Shown in pieces: positions 1 through 12,299 of a stretch of DNA of 64,000 nucleotides. Each line of letters opens with the position of its first letter. The first letter of the stretch is position 1. The notes under the pieces are model-generated. The model was not told where the DNA came from. It saw only the letters and a program-made list of their open reading frames with translations, and did not search any database. A program made the translations under genes and the position numbers. The stretch is from Schizochytrium sp. TIO01 (Eukaryota; Protista; Bigyra: Labyrinthulomycetes), in the NCBI GenBank assembly GCA_004764695.1, contig SMSO01000025.1:310001-374000 (forward strand), in the 5' to 3' direction.

Positions 1-19
1 CCCTCGTGAGCGTTTCAAT

Positions 20-2197
20 ATGCAAGCTGGCATCAACGTAAGCGAAATCGAATTCCCTGCCTTTTTTAACTTCTTCGTGCGGAGACGCCAGATGACGCTG
101 ATCACATATCAAGACTGCTCAGACGATCTCTATACGATCATGAAGGAGGCTCTAGATGGTCCGAATGAGGACCAACTATATATCAATGAGGAGTATTCAC
201 GATTTGCCCCTGAAGAAATTATGCAGGCGCGGCCAGACCACATGAAGGAAATGGCATATTTCTGTGAACCACGTCCTGGAACTCCAGCCATCAAGATCCC
301 AAATTTAATTAAATTTGCGTTTTTCAATGCGTTAGGAGAGTGCAGGTTAGACAATGGAGTGGTCATCAAAGATGAAGCATTTGGATTTACCGTATTACAA
401 GATGACATGATCATTGCGGCAATTTCTGATGATGAAGCGAGTAGTTGCTATTTCCCAGGCACAGACCCAACAACTGCTGTTGCTCGAACGCCCCCCAACT
501 TTGGTTGTATAGATGAGCAAGAAATGGGCACTCAAGAACCTGTTCGGCAGCCCTCGTCCGAATCGTTCACGATTCCCCGCTTCGGTATGACAATATTAGG
601 CAATTCTCATGGTTTTGATGCACTTGGGTCGACATCGGGATTTGTCATTTGGATTAACGGGCAGGGTATTATGGTGGATCCTCCTCCTCATAGCGGTGAA
701 TTTCTGAAGATGAATGGTATCCAGCCGAAGCTCATTACGGCAACTATTCTCACGCATTGCCACGCGGACCATGATGCTGGAACTATCCAGAAGGTTATTA
801 CGGAGGATAAGGTAACGCTTATGACAACCAAGACAATCTTTCAGTCGTTGTTGCGAAAGTATGCTGGTGTAGCTGGGCTTGGTACCGACTTTCTACGCCA
901 GCTAGTCAACTTTCGTCCTGTGTTTGTGGAAGAGCCCACGTATTGGGGTGGTGCCTCTTTTCGCTTTTTTTATTCCTTGCATGCCATCCCATGTGTAGGG
1001 TTTGAGGTGAACTTTGAGGGAAAGAGTTTAGTCTACTCTGCAGATACATTTTTTGACCCGGAAGGACTAGAGAAAATGCATGAACGAGGCATCTTAAGTC
1101 GAGCAAGATGTGATGCGCTGCTGAACTTTCCTTTTCATTGCAATCTAGTATTACATGAGGCTGGTGTACCGCCAATTCATACTCCTCTGACAGCTTTCGC
1201 TAAGTTGCCAGACGATCATCGCAAAAATATTCAACTCATCCACATTGGCAACAAGGATCAACCAAATGCGCTTGCTGCTGGCCTCAGCGTCTCTCAGCCT
1301 GGTCTTGAGAATACCGCTATATTGATTCCAAATTCAGATGCACAGGACACATTGCGTTTTATGCAGCTGATTGCAGGTGTAGATATTTTCAAGGGCTTTC
1401 CGATCCCTCAAGCCCTTGAGCTCTTGCTCATGTCAGCCAATGTTGATTATGAGCCCGGTCAAATCATTGCTGCTAAAGGTACACCTGGTGATAAGTTTAT
1501 GGTGATCATGAGCGGCGAGGCCTCGGTGTCTTTTGGAAATACCAAGAAGTTTTTCAAAGTTGGAGATTATTTGGGTGAAATCTCGGTCATTACTGGAGAG
1601 GACCGCACTGCTACGATTGTAGCCGAGACTCAGTGTACCATTGTGGAAGTGGACAAATATGCATTTCATTATTTCCTAATGAAGGACAAAAAGTTATACA
1701 CCAAGATGGAGTGCTTGGTGCGTAGTCGAATGGATGGTAGTTGGCACGCCATTGCACGTAACTCGTTACTACGAAGACTTTCTGCAGCACAGAAGACAAG
1801 CCTGCAGGCCTTTTTACATAGACGGCAGTTTAACCGGGGTGACGACGTTTGGAAGAAGGGTAGTACTGGTCATGGAGCAGTGCTAATTCTTTCTGGAGAT
1901 TTTGTGTTCGAAGAAGTACACAACGCAGACCCTTATGAACTTCTTACAGCAACTCGTCATCCTCACCAAAAGCGCTTTGACCAAGATATGGATTCGTTCG
2001 CCTTTGAGCCTCTCTCTACAGGTGCCTTTATTTGTGATTTGTATGCAATGACTACTAATGCTGAGCTGACAGTTACGCTCAAGTGTGACTCTGATGAGGG
2101 TGTATTGTTTTACATTACGCAAGAGAATGTACTCGGGTTTCTGGACGCTAATCCAATGACCCTTCTCACTTTACTGAAAACCATCGTCATTTTATAA
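20..2197 (+). CDS. Metallo-beta-lactamase-fold hydrolase with two C-terminal cyclic-nucleotide-binding domains (PdeD/PdeE-like cNMP phosphodiesterase); 5' end probably lies upstream of the window
   Basis: Motifs LGNSHGFD..STSGF, MVDPP, THCHADHDAG (HxHxDH), HAIPC, YSADT and HEAG. CNB motif GDYLGEISVITGEDRTATIVA is followed by a second, degenerate CNB. The frame is open to the window edge (PRERFN before the first Met). Confidence 0.8.
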   Translation: MQAGINVSEIEFPAFFNFFVRRRQMTLITYQDCSDDLYTIMKEALDGPNEDQLYINEEYSRFAPEEIMQARPDHMKEMAYFCEPRPGTPAIKIPNLIKFAFFNALGECRLDNGVVIKDEAFGFTVLQDDMIIAAISDDEASSCYFPGTDPTTAVARTPPNFGCIDEQEMGTQEPVRQPSSESFTIPRFGMTILGNSHGFDALGSTSGFVIWINGQGIMVDPPPHSGEFLKMNGIQPKLITATILTHCHADHDAGTIQKVITEDKVTLMTTKTIFQSLLRKYAGVAGLGTDFLRQLVNFRPVFVEEPTYWGGASFRFFYSLHAIPCVGFEVNFEGKSLVYSADTFFDPEGLEKMHERGILSRARCDALLNFPFHCNLVLHEAGVPPIHTPLTAFAKLPDDHRKNIQLIHIGNKDQPNALAAGLSVSQPGLENTAILIPNSDAQDTLRFMQLIAGVDIFKGFPIPQALELLLMSANVDYEPGQIIAAKGTPGDKFMVIMSGEASVSFGNTKKFFKVGDYLGEISVITGEDRTATIVAETQCTIVEVDKYAFHYFLMKDKKLYTKMECLVRSRMDGSWHAIARNSLLRRLSAAQKTSLQAFLHRRQFNRGDDVWKKGSTGHGAVLILSGDFVFEEVHNADPYELLTATRHPHQKRFDQDMDSFAFEPLSTGAFICDLYAMTTNAELTVTLKCDSDEGVLFYITQENVLGFLDANPMTLLTLLKTIVIL

Positions 2198-3844
2198 GAC
2201 AAGAGAGTCTATCTCTCCGAGTTCCTAAGAAAGCAGCAACATTGCACAATCGTACAATCCGTATTTCGAGAGACCGATTGACATTCTCCCCACAAGAAAA
2301 TTATAAACAAAACGTTTGTTGACTTCAAACAAATACAAGCGAGAGGGGCTCGACTTTTGTGTGCTTTGTCCTTGGAAACTTACTTTTGTTTTGTAGTTAT
2401 GCAATCTGCTCATAGTCTACTGCAATTTGCATCATCTTGAAATCGATAGTCTTGACAAGCAACATATCAAGCATTGACGAGACATATATCCTGCTGTTAT
2501 TTCGTTTTATCTGTGAGCGCGCCATGCACAACAGATTAGCTTCTCGCTCTCATTTATAGATCAACCTTATGTGTAGAATTCTTATCTTTCATTTGTTTCA
2601 AGCCTCCCGCTAATATTGTTTGCAACCTGTTCTCTGTAGGTCTAGTCAGCACCATGTTATGTCAGTCTGAGCATAGCACTTGAATGATTATAGCCAACTC
2701 TGTACCTGTGAAGAGAGCAAACATTAAGGTTAATATCAGTTATAATGCTTAGCATCCATTAATCATCTGGTTGAAAAAATAAACGCAAGAAGCATGATTG
2801 AATTTGCTTGCCTGTCTACTTTCGCAACAACTTCCCTTGAAGAAACGACTGATGAGAAATTAAAAAAGATTTGGAAATACATATATATTCTTTTAATACA
2901 TTCAGACACTGTTAATTAGAAAGGAAATTAGATAATAGGTTACCTCTCTCACATAGAAAACTTCACATTCGCTTTATTATGTTCTAAAACTATTCTGCTT
3001 GTAAGAATATGCTAACGAAGCAGATAACACATGTAGAAGTCATCTCGTGAACAAGGGACAGTGCCAGATTGATTCAAGTCTAACGCCGTTTTAAAATTTG
3101 AGAAAGGAAAATGCAAGTGTTTCATTGGCAATTTTATTGCCTCATAAAGCATTCCAAAATGACCTTATTCCAAGATGACTTTGTGGCTAGTTCTTGATAG
3201 CAGAATTGCCAGGGAGATGAAGGGTAGTGCAAGTGATTCGAGTTCCCCCCTGGTATGTAAAATCAGATAATCGGAAAACTTTCATACTTGCTTGCTGATT
3301 TCAACCAAATTGTCAACTTTCTTTTCTTAGGTCACGAGAGTGGATGGCAGAATAAAAGTGCTGCCTAACTCACACGAAAAGGGGGTTTCCGATGCTTACA
3401 AGGAATCAAAACAAAGCTAACTAGCTCTTGCTAGCGACCTTGGAAAAAATTTACAATCTGAAAGAAAGCCAGCAGGATAATATACATGATTGTGAGTTTA
3501 GATCTGCTCCATGTAGCCCATCGTTTAGGCTAGTATTTTTCAAGTCTAAAATTGATACTGAGATTGCGCCCGTTGTTGAATGCGTTGAGCTTATTGCTCC
3601 CGATAGCCAGCACAACAACGATTGCTGGTGTCGCGGAGCCCGATGAATATTGATTGACACATTTCAACCTACACAGTGGATATTTGAAAGACGCCACTGC
3701 TCTTCGCTCAAAGACACGCTGCTTCACAAAGTAGTTCTGGTTCTTAATTCCTTTCTATGATAAAAGTGCCAAATCCAAAGAGAAAACTTTCTGCAAAGCT
3801 ACATTAGATTAGCGTGAGTGGCAGAAAGATCATGATAATTCCTT

Positions 3845-5266
3845 TCAGGGCTTCCTCTCGCCAGCTGACGAAGATCGGCTACCCCGCGGAAGTCTCGGCG
3901 TAGAGTTCGCGCTCGCGAAGAGCATACCTGCGCTCTCATCGTCTTCCTCATCCATCTCGGTGTCAATATCTCCTTCCGATATACGTGAAAGTCGATCAGA
4001 GGACGTGGCTCCTACGCCTGCATTCCTCATGCGATAGTATGATGGCGGGTCAAGGCGATAGTCTTCATGTCCCGCAAGCAGTGCTTCCACATTGCAAACC
4101 GTCGCGAGTACGAGCGTAATAGCCCCAAACGCTACCAGCAGTACATGAAGCGCTGCCGGCTCTGGTGCAACTTGGCATGCACTTCGTCTCATGGCTTCTG
4201 AGCCACCTAGACCCCATGCCAGACTCGTCAGAGCCATAATTACGACCGCCGCTAGCGCAGCTCTCCTCCGGGCCCAACCACACCTCACGACTGCCGTTGC
4301 CACCAGTGCATAGACCACAAATAGCCCTGATGCCACGCACATATATACCCTCCTTTCCCGAAGGCACTCAGATTCACTAAGCGGTCCCAAGATTTCACCA
4401 GCCATTGAGGCCCCGGACTGGGAAGATTTTGACCCGGCTGCCAAGTATTCGTCAGTATCGTCTCCCCATTCGGCTGCCGTAAGCGCGATTGCGGCAAATG
4501 CTGTGAGATAGATTGGGCCGAGAGCAAGCACGGCTCTGCGGTTTCGGGGCGTCCAGCAAAGGCAGCGGAGGTAGTAGAGCAGGACGGAGTCCATGGGAGC
4601 GTCGGGCGGCTTCCCAAGTTCAAGATCCACGGCGAAGGCTACCACAAGGATACCTCCGCTCAAAACCGATGCAAGGACTCCAAGCCAAGCAAGGGCCACG
4701 AGAACACCGGCCCAAGCAGCAGTACCACGTCGAGCGACGCCGACAATGCCGAGGATAATACCGAGAGCGGAGCCTAGTAAGCCGAGGCCCATTGATGAGG
4801 CAGGAACGGGCTTGTGACGACGAGATGCAAGAAGAGGCTCAGCAGCTCGACATGAAGCAACACGAGATACAACAAGTGCTTGGAGGGCGAGAGCCAAAGC
4901 TTGCGCTGCGGCAGCGCCGGCACCACCACCATCGTGGAGGTCGTGGAGGTCCTGACGAGATCGGGCAGAACTGGCAGGTTTTTGCACAGACCCAGAATCC
5001 TTGGGACTTGACGACGGAGAAGCCAAGGATGGCGTAGGCAGTGACGTGGACGGAGACAATGAAGACGGATGATTAGTAGAGACAAGTTCCAGAGCAGTCG
5101 GGGTCGGCGTTGGTAAGGTTGGCGATGGCGTTGGAGCAGGTGCCGGAGGGTCGTGGGCAGCTAAAAGCGCCATTAACGAGGCTGCCAGCTCGCAGGCCGC
5201 CAGGAGCGAGCAGATGATAACGCAGGCAGCCAACAAGGGGCGCCTGGAGAGGGCACGCATCGACAT
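3845..5266 (-). CDS. Multi-pass membrane protein of unknown function
   Basis: 476-aa GC-rich ORF with an N-terminal hydrophobic segment, a P/S/T-rich linker, about 8 hydrophobic helices and an acidic tail. First ATG is at 5266; the ORF track starts at GTG 5275. Confidence 0.65.
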   Translation of the reverse strand: MSMRALSRRPLLAACVIICSLLAACELAASLMALLAAHDPPAPAPTPSPTLPTPTPTALELVSTNHPSSLSPSTSLPTPSLASPSSSPKDSGSVQKPASSARSRQDLHDLHDGGGAGAAAAQALALALQALVVSRVASCRAAEPLLASRRHKPVPASSMGLGLLGSALGIILGIVGVARRGTAAWAGVLVALAWLGVLASVLSGGILVVAFAVDLELGKPPDAPMDSVLLYYLRCLCWTPRNRRAVLALGPIYLTAFAAIALTAAEWGDDTDEYLAAGSKSSQSGASMAGEILGPLSESECLRERRVYMCVASGLFVVYALVATAVVRCGWARRRAALAAVVIMALTSLAWGLGGSEAMRRSACQVAPEPAALHVLLVAFGAITLVLATVCNVEALLAGHEDYRLDPPSYYRMRNAGVGATSSDRLSRISEGDIDTEMDEEDDESAGMLFASANSTPRLPRGSRSSSAGERKP

Positions 5267-7764
5267 AGTGCACACGGGGACTACGCCCGCTGTGCTGCAC
5301 AGCCGTGAGCTTGTCTCCTCCTCCTCCTCTTTGATGTAGTGGTACTATTTTCTTGTTTTCTTTGCTTCTTTTTTTGGTTGAAGCTTTTCTATTATTATTA
5401 CTTTAGTTTTAGTTTATTTTCAATATTTTGTTCTAAAAACGATTTTCTTCGCAGCACTTTGAAGGAATCAAACTGGGAAACTAAATTCTTGGAGAAACAT
5501 CGAGCGCCTCCTTAAATGTTGAAACAGCAAGGCTGCATTTGGAACTACGCTTATTTAGTCCTTTATTCATGAGTCTATGAGGAAAACAACCCTTTGCTTT
5601 CTCACATGTGAGGTCTTGCTGTTTAATGAGATAGAACCAAACCGAATAGAGACCCTCACAATCCAATTTGGGATTACTATCGCACTACTCAGATCCCAAA
5701 TTATCTAAATCGAAATTTCAACGAACTAGTATATATATATGCTAAACAAACGATAATTTTGATTTCTTGTTTTTAAAATTGAAAGTTACATTTTAATGTA
5801 AGATAATAATAATGATAAAAAGTCTGTCTCACTCTATTCTGAAGTCTGTTTGCCTTTTTCCCCACAACACGATACTCAAGTCTTATATTGAATTCCAAAT
5901 GAAAGTTGTATAATAGATATTATGCGGGTTTGGCGTAATAGACTTGGGTGATCAACGAACGTTCTCCCATTTGACAATGCGGACTCCAAGCCGCTTCCTG
6001 CTGCAAACTGTAGCACCGCACATAATACCAACAATATGAGCCGTATAAAGAGATTAACAGATAAGCAATAACCTTTTATTAAAAAATAAATGTCGTCGAC
6101 AAGAAGTTTTCAGGATCTGAGGAGTAATCAATCATATTGCAAGATTGACAAGCTCATTCTTGAATTATGATTTAACCTAGAAGACGATACAGAAACACTA
6201 GTTGAAGGCAATTTTTTAGACTAAAGTAACTTATTTTGCCTTTGTGATATCTCCTTCTGAGCAGTTTCAACCGAAGAGTGCTAACCTCCTAATACCAAAT
6301 CATGTTTCATGAATACAGCAAGATCACGGTCGGATGCCTTAAACTGATTCGCCTTAAGATTCCTTTTCAACGATCGATTATACATCAAACAACTCGGAGA
6401 CAATTAGTGCTAGCTAACAGGGTTGGCGCCTTGCAGAAACGGGATGATTAGCGTGGTTGTTACTCCATACTAGAAGTTAGCATTTACCAAACTAAAAGCT
6501 TCCCCCAGAAGAATGAGAGTTAGAGTTTTCGAGTGCATTGCAGAGAGTCCTATGACGAGTAGAATGGCTGATGCTATGTGTAAGCAATCTACTGACCCTA
6601 AAATTCAATACCAGAATCTACATCATGATCTTAAGCGTGCCATACGAATATTCCAAAGGCTAGGTGCCTGTGTAGGTTCTCGATCAAAATTTTGGTTCTG
6701 GTTAGCTGTATACACAAGTACTATGTGTATGTAAGTGTATGTGTCCAGCACAGGTTCGTGAATGCATTCTTTTAAAGTTTCTCTTAGTTTATTAGAGTAT
6801 TATCAAGGACTTTTGCAGGAGCATATTCAATTGATCGTCTCAGACTGCCTCTAGGTTCATGGTCAAAGAGGTAAGAGGCACTCTAATTGCTTGCTCTAGT
6901 CGAGAGATTCTACTAAGGTAGGTATATAAAGCATCTACAGTCTATCATATTGTTTCTCCTTGACTGTTTTATAGTACGGGCTCCAGTCATTAAAATTATT
7001 GCTGTTTTTCGTCAAAAACTGGGATATCGATTTATCTTAATCGCCTCAGCGTCAGGCATGTTAAAAAGCATACATGAGCTCTCTTGTATTCATCACGATT
7101 ATTTGTGGAGCTCGAAAATGCCTTCAAAAAGGTAAGACACTTTCTACAATTTTTGCCCGAAACTCAATGAATAAGATTTGTGCATCAGCAAACAACCAAA
7201 GAACCATAAATCCTTAAATATGGGACACTTATACATAATAAAACGAACTTGTGCGCATTGTTTCAGGAATTGAAACCCGAAAATCTGTTGATCTCCAGTT
7301 TCAATGCAAGTAAAGGGGCTAGTTATCCAAAAGAATTTCAACTGTTCGTATATAGCCAAAAGTTTAATTATATGTTCTCTCTCGGGTGAGTTCCGCGCTC
7401 TGCAGTTCAAAGCATCGCCTTGAATCAACCTCCTTTAGTGCCACACTGTCATCAAATCATTTAGTCTAAACATTAACAGTGCAACCCTCAAAACCTCACA
7501 AGAGAAAGAATCGAAAAGAATAAAACATTTTTTGTGATTACGATTTGGAAAGAAATACTTTGGTCATTGGAAAACTTGGATTTGAAGTTGTCGAGGAAAA
7601 CTAAACAGAGACGACGCTCTATATCGCATTAATTAGCTCCCCACGCAAGCCGCGGGGCTTGATGGAACTAAATCGTGCGGGGTCTACTTTGTTTTGGAGA
7701 CATCTTTGAAATCTATTGAAAACAAAGCCCTTCGGGAAAGCCCTCATCCTTGACGTCTCAACTG

Positions 7765-9330
7765 ATGGCGGACGTTCATTTTGAGGAGGACATCGAGGGC
7801 GGTGACTACATTCGGCTGGAGGCCCGTAGCAACTGTATATTTGACGACCATGCTGCGCAATACCCGGACCAGGAGTTTGTACACGGAGAAACACATCGAA
7901 GTCACGACCATGTGGCAGGAAATGAAGCGGAATCTTCATGGCCTCGAAGACTTTCAACACCGAGACTTGCATCTTCACGAATTTCAACGTCAGCTTTTGC
8001 AAGTGCTACTTCTCTTGCGAGTTCTCCACCACGTCAGTCTTTCCTCAGTAGGTACCGAAAATCTTCCAAGCATCTTGGTCTTTCGGCAACCCCAGGTTTG
8101 GCAAAACCAGGGCGTCTTGAACCCGTTAGATCTTGCCTTTCATGGATTTGGTTACCTCCAGTTGTGGTCTTGGCAGCGTCTGCCGTGCTTGCATTGCTTG
8201 GATCACTCTGCATCTCGGCAAGACTCGTCATCTTTGACTCATGTGGGACAACATTGCTGCCAATTGGTCTGTTGCTGCCTTGTCTTGCACTGCTGGTTTT
8301 CGTGTGCGCTGCACAGCCAACGAAGACATCACAACAATACGACAATTTTTATTCAGATGCGCTCCTTGAAGAAGTTCTCGCCGGTGAAAATATTCTTGAT
8401 GTGTACACCGTCACAACAAGAGGGTCCCCGCCCCGTGAGGGGAACGTTGTAGTTTTCCTTAGCGGTATTGGTGGGGTTCCAGAAACCTGGCGCATGCAGG
8501 TTGAGGCCGTCGTAGATGCTGGGTTTGCAGCCATTCAAATTCAACTCCCTGGATCTGGTTGTCTCAGTGCAATTGAATTTAGCCTTGAAAGGGCTGCCCA
8601 AACTGTCATTCGGGTACTTGAGCAGGAGGTCTTGGACGATCCTATCATGTGTGACTCGTCGGTCGGATATCTTGCCAATACGCCGACTGGCCTTTTTGCC
8701 TCTGCAGAGCTTGTGGGGCCCCATCTTGGTGCAGGGTCGCCTGCTTTGCAAGCCCCGGCTAGCCCCGATGAAGAGCAAAACCCTCGTCGTATTGTTTTAG
8801 TAGCCTGGGGTCTCAGCGCGCATGTAGCCATGTATTTAGCATCTTCTAAACGCCTCGGTGATACTCATCTTGCAGGAATTGTGCTCGCAGGCTCGCCACA
8901 ACTGCCCTCCTGGCCTCTCTCTTGGACTACCCGCCTTGCGCATCGCGCGTTTCGTGTGTCATGGATTGCACAACTTGCGCGCTTATCCGAATACGCAGGC
9001 ATGGGTCCACAAAACCGTCGCGCTATTCCATTGCAATCTTTGCACCCTGAGGCACGTTCTGACTGGGGTGTATGTTTTGAACATCATCGTGAGGCCCTTC
9101 GAGTTGCTTGCTCTGAGTTTCTTGGGCCCGTCTTGTGTCTTTCCTCTCAACCCTGGTATCTGGCAGAAATTAGAGAGCTCTTTGGTGGACGTTTGCGTCA
9201 GTCGGGCAGTAATGTAGATGCAATTCTTGCTCCAGGCCACCGCATGGCCAATTATCAATCATTCCCGCCTCCTGAAGATGAGGAACTTGCAGCACACATA
9301 ATCAACTTCGCATCAGCTCATTTTATTTAG
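7765..9330 (+). CDS. Membrane-anchored alpha/beta-hydrolase-fold protein, probably catalytically degenerate
   Basis: Two hydrophobic helices, then VVVFLSGIGGVPETW..Q and IQLPGSG (D-x-P-G-x-G-like). The nucleophile-elbow region reads LVAWGLSAHVA. First ATG is at 7765. Confidence 0.7.
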   Translation: MADVHFEEDIEGGDYIRLEARSNCIFDDHAAQYPDQEFVHGETHRSHDHVAGNEAESSWPRRLSTPRLASSRISTSAFASATSLASSPPRQSFLSRYRKSSKHLGLSATPGLAKPGRLEPVRSCLSWIWLPPVVVLAASAVLALLGSLCISARLVIFDSCGTTLLPIGLLLPCLALLVFVCAAQPTKTSQQYDNFYSDALLEEVLAGENILDVYTVTTRGSPPREGNVVVFLSGIGGVPETWRMQVEAVVDAGFAAIQIQLPGSGCLSAIEFSLERAAQTVIRVLEQEVLDDPIMCDSSVGYLANTPTGLFASAELVGPHLGAGSPALQAPASPDEEQNPRRIVLVAWGLSAHVAMYLASSKRLGDTHLAGIVLAGSPQLPSWPLSWTTRLAHRAFRVSWIAQLARLSEYAGMGPQNRRAIPLQSLHPEARSDWGVCFEHHREALRVACSEFLGPVLCLSSQPWYLAEIRELFGGRLRQSGSNVDAILAPGHRMANYQSFPPPEDEELAAHIINFASAHFI

Positions 9331-10400
9331 AGACAGAGGTCAGGAACGCCAGCTCAAACTACTGTGCGCGTCAATTTACAACTTCCTCTTCACGTTTCGG
9401 AATAAGAGAAACAAGTACTTTATGATGACACGCGATTCCATGATTTTGACTCATATATTGTACATACATACAAGATTCTTTAAGGCAGACCAAAGTAGAT
9501 CATCTTGCTTTAAACGAGGCTGGGCAGTATGCTTGAACCTCCTTTTCAAAATATGCCAATTAAAAAATTGCGATTGTAACTATCTCTGTGTGTAAAATAA
9601 ACTAAAAGGCTAATTAATATACGACTCAGTTTGTCTGCGAAACCTCTTGTTTAGCTTCTTTGGTTAGTTCGAGTATATTTAAATCAGGATATCTTTTTAC
9701 AAACGCTAAAATCTGCGTGGGCAGGAATAAATACCATAATATCCTAGTAATGAATCATTTATTAACTCAATCCATATGCTCTTTTATGGTTACCTTGATT
9801 ATTCTTGTAGATACTCATAAAGCAGCATACATACGATTGTTGAAATTGCTTACTTGAAGATAGCTTCCTCGGCATGAGCTCTGTGGCAGAATATAGAAAA
9901 TAATCTTCCTCGAAAGGTTCATCCCTCTTCCAAGTTGCATTTACGATCATTTCTGTCTTACCCCACTTAGGAATAATGTGGGCAATCTAACACTAGAAAA
10001 ACAAAACAAAACAAAAACTATCCGTTGAGAACGTCCATCTGAAAGAATGTAAAATAAATAGCAAGTGTTCTTGTATTAATGCATTCAACCGCGAGAAGCC
10101 AACGTCCTGATGGCTTGCGAGGACCGACTGCAGCTGGTCTCGTGCGTTTTAAAATCCCTGTGCCTGGTTTGTACTGTGTAGCAGAAGCAAGCCTCTGCAC
10201 AGCTTGTGCTCCTTCCGGGACTCATTGGCAGCTGTTCAAGCAACTGAAGGCCACAGCTGCAGACACAGCTTGCATAGAACTCTTGGTATATTCATCCACA
10301 AATCATCAGATTGATCACGAGGTATAGGGAGACAACGAACGACAGGCAGGAACAGATAGACAATTCTCCCTTGGCGAGGAAGAGAGAAGAAGACACAATC

Positions 10401-12299
10401 ATGTCTTCAGGCGGTAGGTCCCGGCTTGTTGTTAATGGAAAGCAGTCGAGGCCCGCAGCACCACTTTCTATGGAGCACAAAAAGGTGCGAGAACATGACA
10501 AAATCCTCATGAAGCGTATGATTGATCATCTTCTCGCACTTACGAGCAGCGAGCACATTGGCAGGACCGATTTCCAAATCCTTGACCGTGAGCTGTCTGC
10601 AGCAATGCTTGACAATGACGAAACTATTGCCCAAATCATCGACCACAGAGACCAGGAGGCTAAAGAACGGAAAATGGATGCTCGAGCAGAGCGGGGAACT
10701 GGGCCCTTGAAAGCAAAGCACCAGTCGCAGGCACATCCACGCCTACCCCATATTGCAAACAAACCTGCTACAGACAAGGAAACTCCAGAAAAACCAGCGG
10801 CACGTCGAGTTATAGGTGCTTCTTCTCGGCTATACTCACAACCTAACGTTCCGCGTCACAAACCTAAGGAGTTAGCATCAACAGCTTCATTGCAGCAACG
10901 TCGAGCACGCCCGAGCAAAGGTTCTGCACCCCGCGGTCGACCCTCTTCTGTAGTTGATGCGCGGCGTTTGGCAGAACATAAAACCTCCCAGCGTGTGCAT
11001 GCTGTAACATCACCAACACCAAGTAAAGCGTCTACAATTACTGTAGGCAGTACTGCGACACGAAAGTTGAGTTCACGACATTCGGCTTCTTCTGAAGACT
11101 ACAACTATGAACAAAAAATGGCCGAGGAAAAGGCAAAAGAGCAGAAACTCATGATTGACAAATTGCGCAAGGAAAAGGAACGAAAAATCCTAGCCTCTCG
11201 TGAGCGGGAAGCTCGTAAGAGCACAAACGGCAGTGACGGGAAGAAAAAGAAAAAAATAGAGGAAGAGGAATTGGCCCATTCTAATCTAGGCCATAATGAT
11301 GTTGAAGGAAATCAAAATGCTGAAGAACATACTCATGATGATCAAATAGTTAGCGACATAAACTCGGGCAGAGGCGGGGTGAGAGAATTCAAGGAAGAAG
11401 ATATTGTTAAACAAGAATCTACCGACAAACTAAGACCTAGTTCAACAGTTGGCACGCCAAGATCTAAACACTCAACTTCGCCAAACACGTCCTCCCCGAG
11501 GTCACCCAATTTAAAACAAACCAAGGAGAACGGAGACGAAAGTAAAAATGAAGAGTTCGGTAAAACTTCGGCCCGCAGTGAAGTCAAATCCCTGGCGGTA
11601 TCATCTCCAGGGGCTTCATATGAATCCTATGACGAAGATGACTTTGATGAGACTCAGTCCCCCAACCCACCAGAAGCAAAGCTAGGTAGTGAAAAACAAC
11701 AAAATGAAAAAGATGAAGATGAAGAAGAACGTCCTCCAGTGAAGCTACCTCAAGTCGATGCTACACATAAAGCTGGCAGTTATAGAGGCAAGCTCGACCA
11801 GGATAGCAAATCAAGGAAAACGCCAGATGATTCTGTATTGGCCAAAAATGAGGAATCCCGGATCAAATCAAGCAAGGGTGCTAAACAGAGAAAGTCAAAT
11901 CGAAACGGGGATATTTCTCCGGTTAAAGGCTCTACTGGGGATACTACATTCGACAAGGCAATACCAGACGATTATTCAACACTTTCTAGTGCAAGAACTA
12001 ATTATACCGAGCTCGAAGTTGATACTAATGTGAAAACTGCGCGAAGCAGTGCCGGCAATTCAGCCGAGCAAGTACTTTCTCCTACGGAGAAAAGTCCTGC
12101 TCTCCCTTCTATTGTATCTAAACCAGCAAAGAGCCCTCGAGGGGGAGGTGATTCTTCTTCAAAGCAGAGATCGACCAAATCTCAAAGCAAGAAGAATAAG
12201 AAAACAAAAAATGATTGGATGGATACCGCGATATCGCCTGATGATGACGATGAAGGCCTCTCTGATTTTGATAACTTGGACTTTGGTGGGAAACCGTAA
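10401..12299 (+). CDS. Hypothetical low-complexity S/K/E-rich protein with a coiled-coil segment
   Basis: Long open frame (662 codons from TTG 10311, first ATG 10401). Charged, disordered composition with no recognisable domain. Confidence 0.65.
   Translation: MSSGGRSRLVVNGKQSRPAAPLSMEHKKVREHDKILMKRMIDHLLALTSSEHIGRTDFQILDRELSAAMLDNDETIAQIIDHRDQEAKERKMDARAERGTGPLKAKHQSQAHPRLPHIANKPATDKETPEKPAARRVIGASSRLYSQPNVPRHKPKELASTASLQQRRARPSKGSAPRGRPSSVVDARRLAEHKTSQRVHAVTSPTPSKASTITVGSTATRKLSSRHSASSEDYNYEQKMAEEKAKEQKLMIDKLRKEKERKILASREREARKSTNGSDGKKKKKIEEEELAHSNLGHNDVEGNQNAEEHTHDDQIVSDINSGRGGVREFKEEDIVKQESTDKLRPSSTVGTPRSKHSTSPNTSSPRSPNLKQTKENGDESKNEEFGKTSARSEVKSLAVSSPGASYESYDEDDFDETQSPNPPEAKLGSEKQQNEKDEDEEERPPVKLPQVDATHKAGSYRGKLDQDSKSRKTPDDSVLAKNEESRIKSSKGAKQRKSNRNGDISPVKGSTGDTTFDKAIPDDYSTLSSARTNYTELEVDTNVKTARSSAGNSAEQVLSPTEKSPALPSIVSKPAKSPRGGGDSSSKQRSTKSQSKKNKKTKNDWMDTAISPDDDDEGLSDFDNLDFGGKP

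Noticed and set aside
7781-8452. 223-aa alternative-frame ORF
   Set aside because: Overlaps the hydrolase-fold gene in another frame and has no recognisable motifs.
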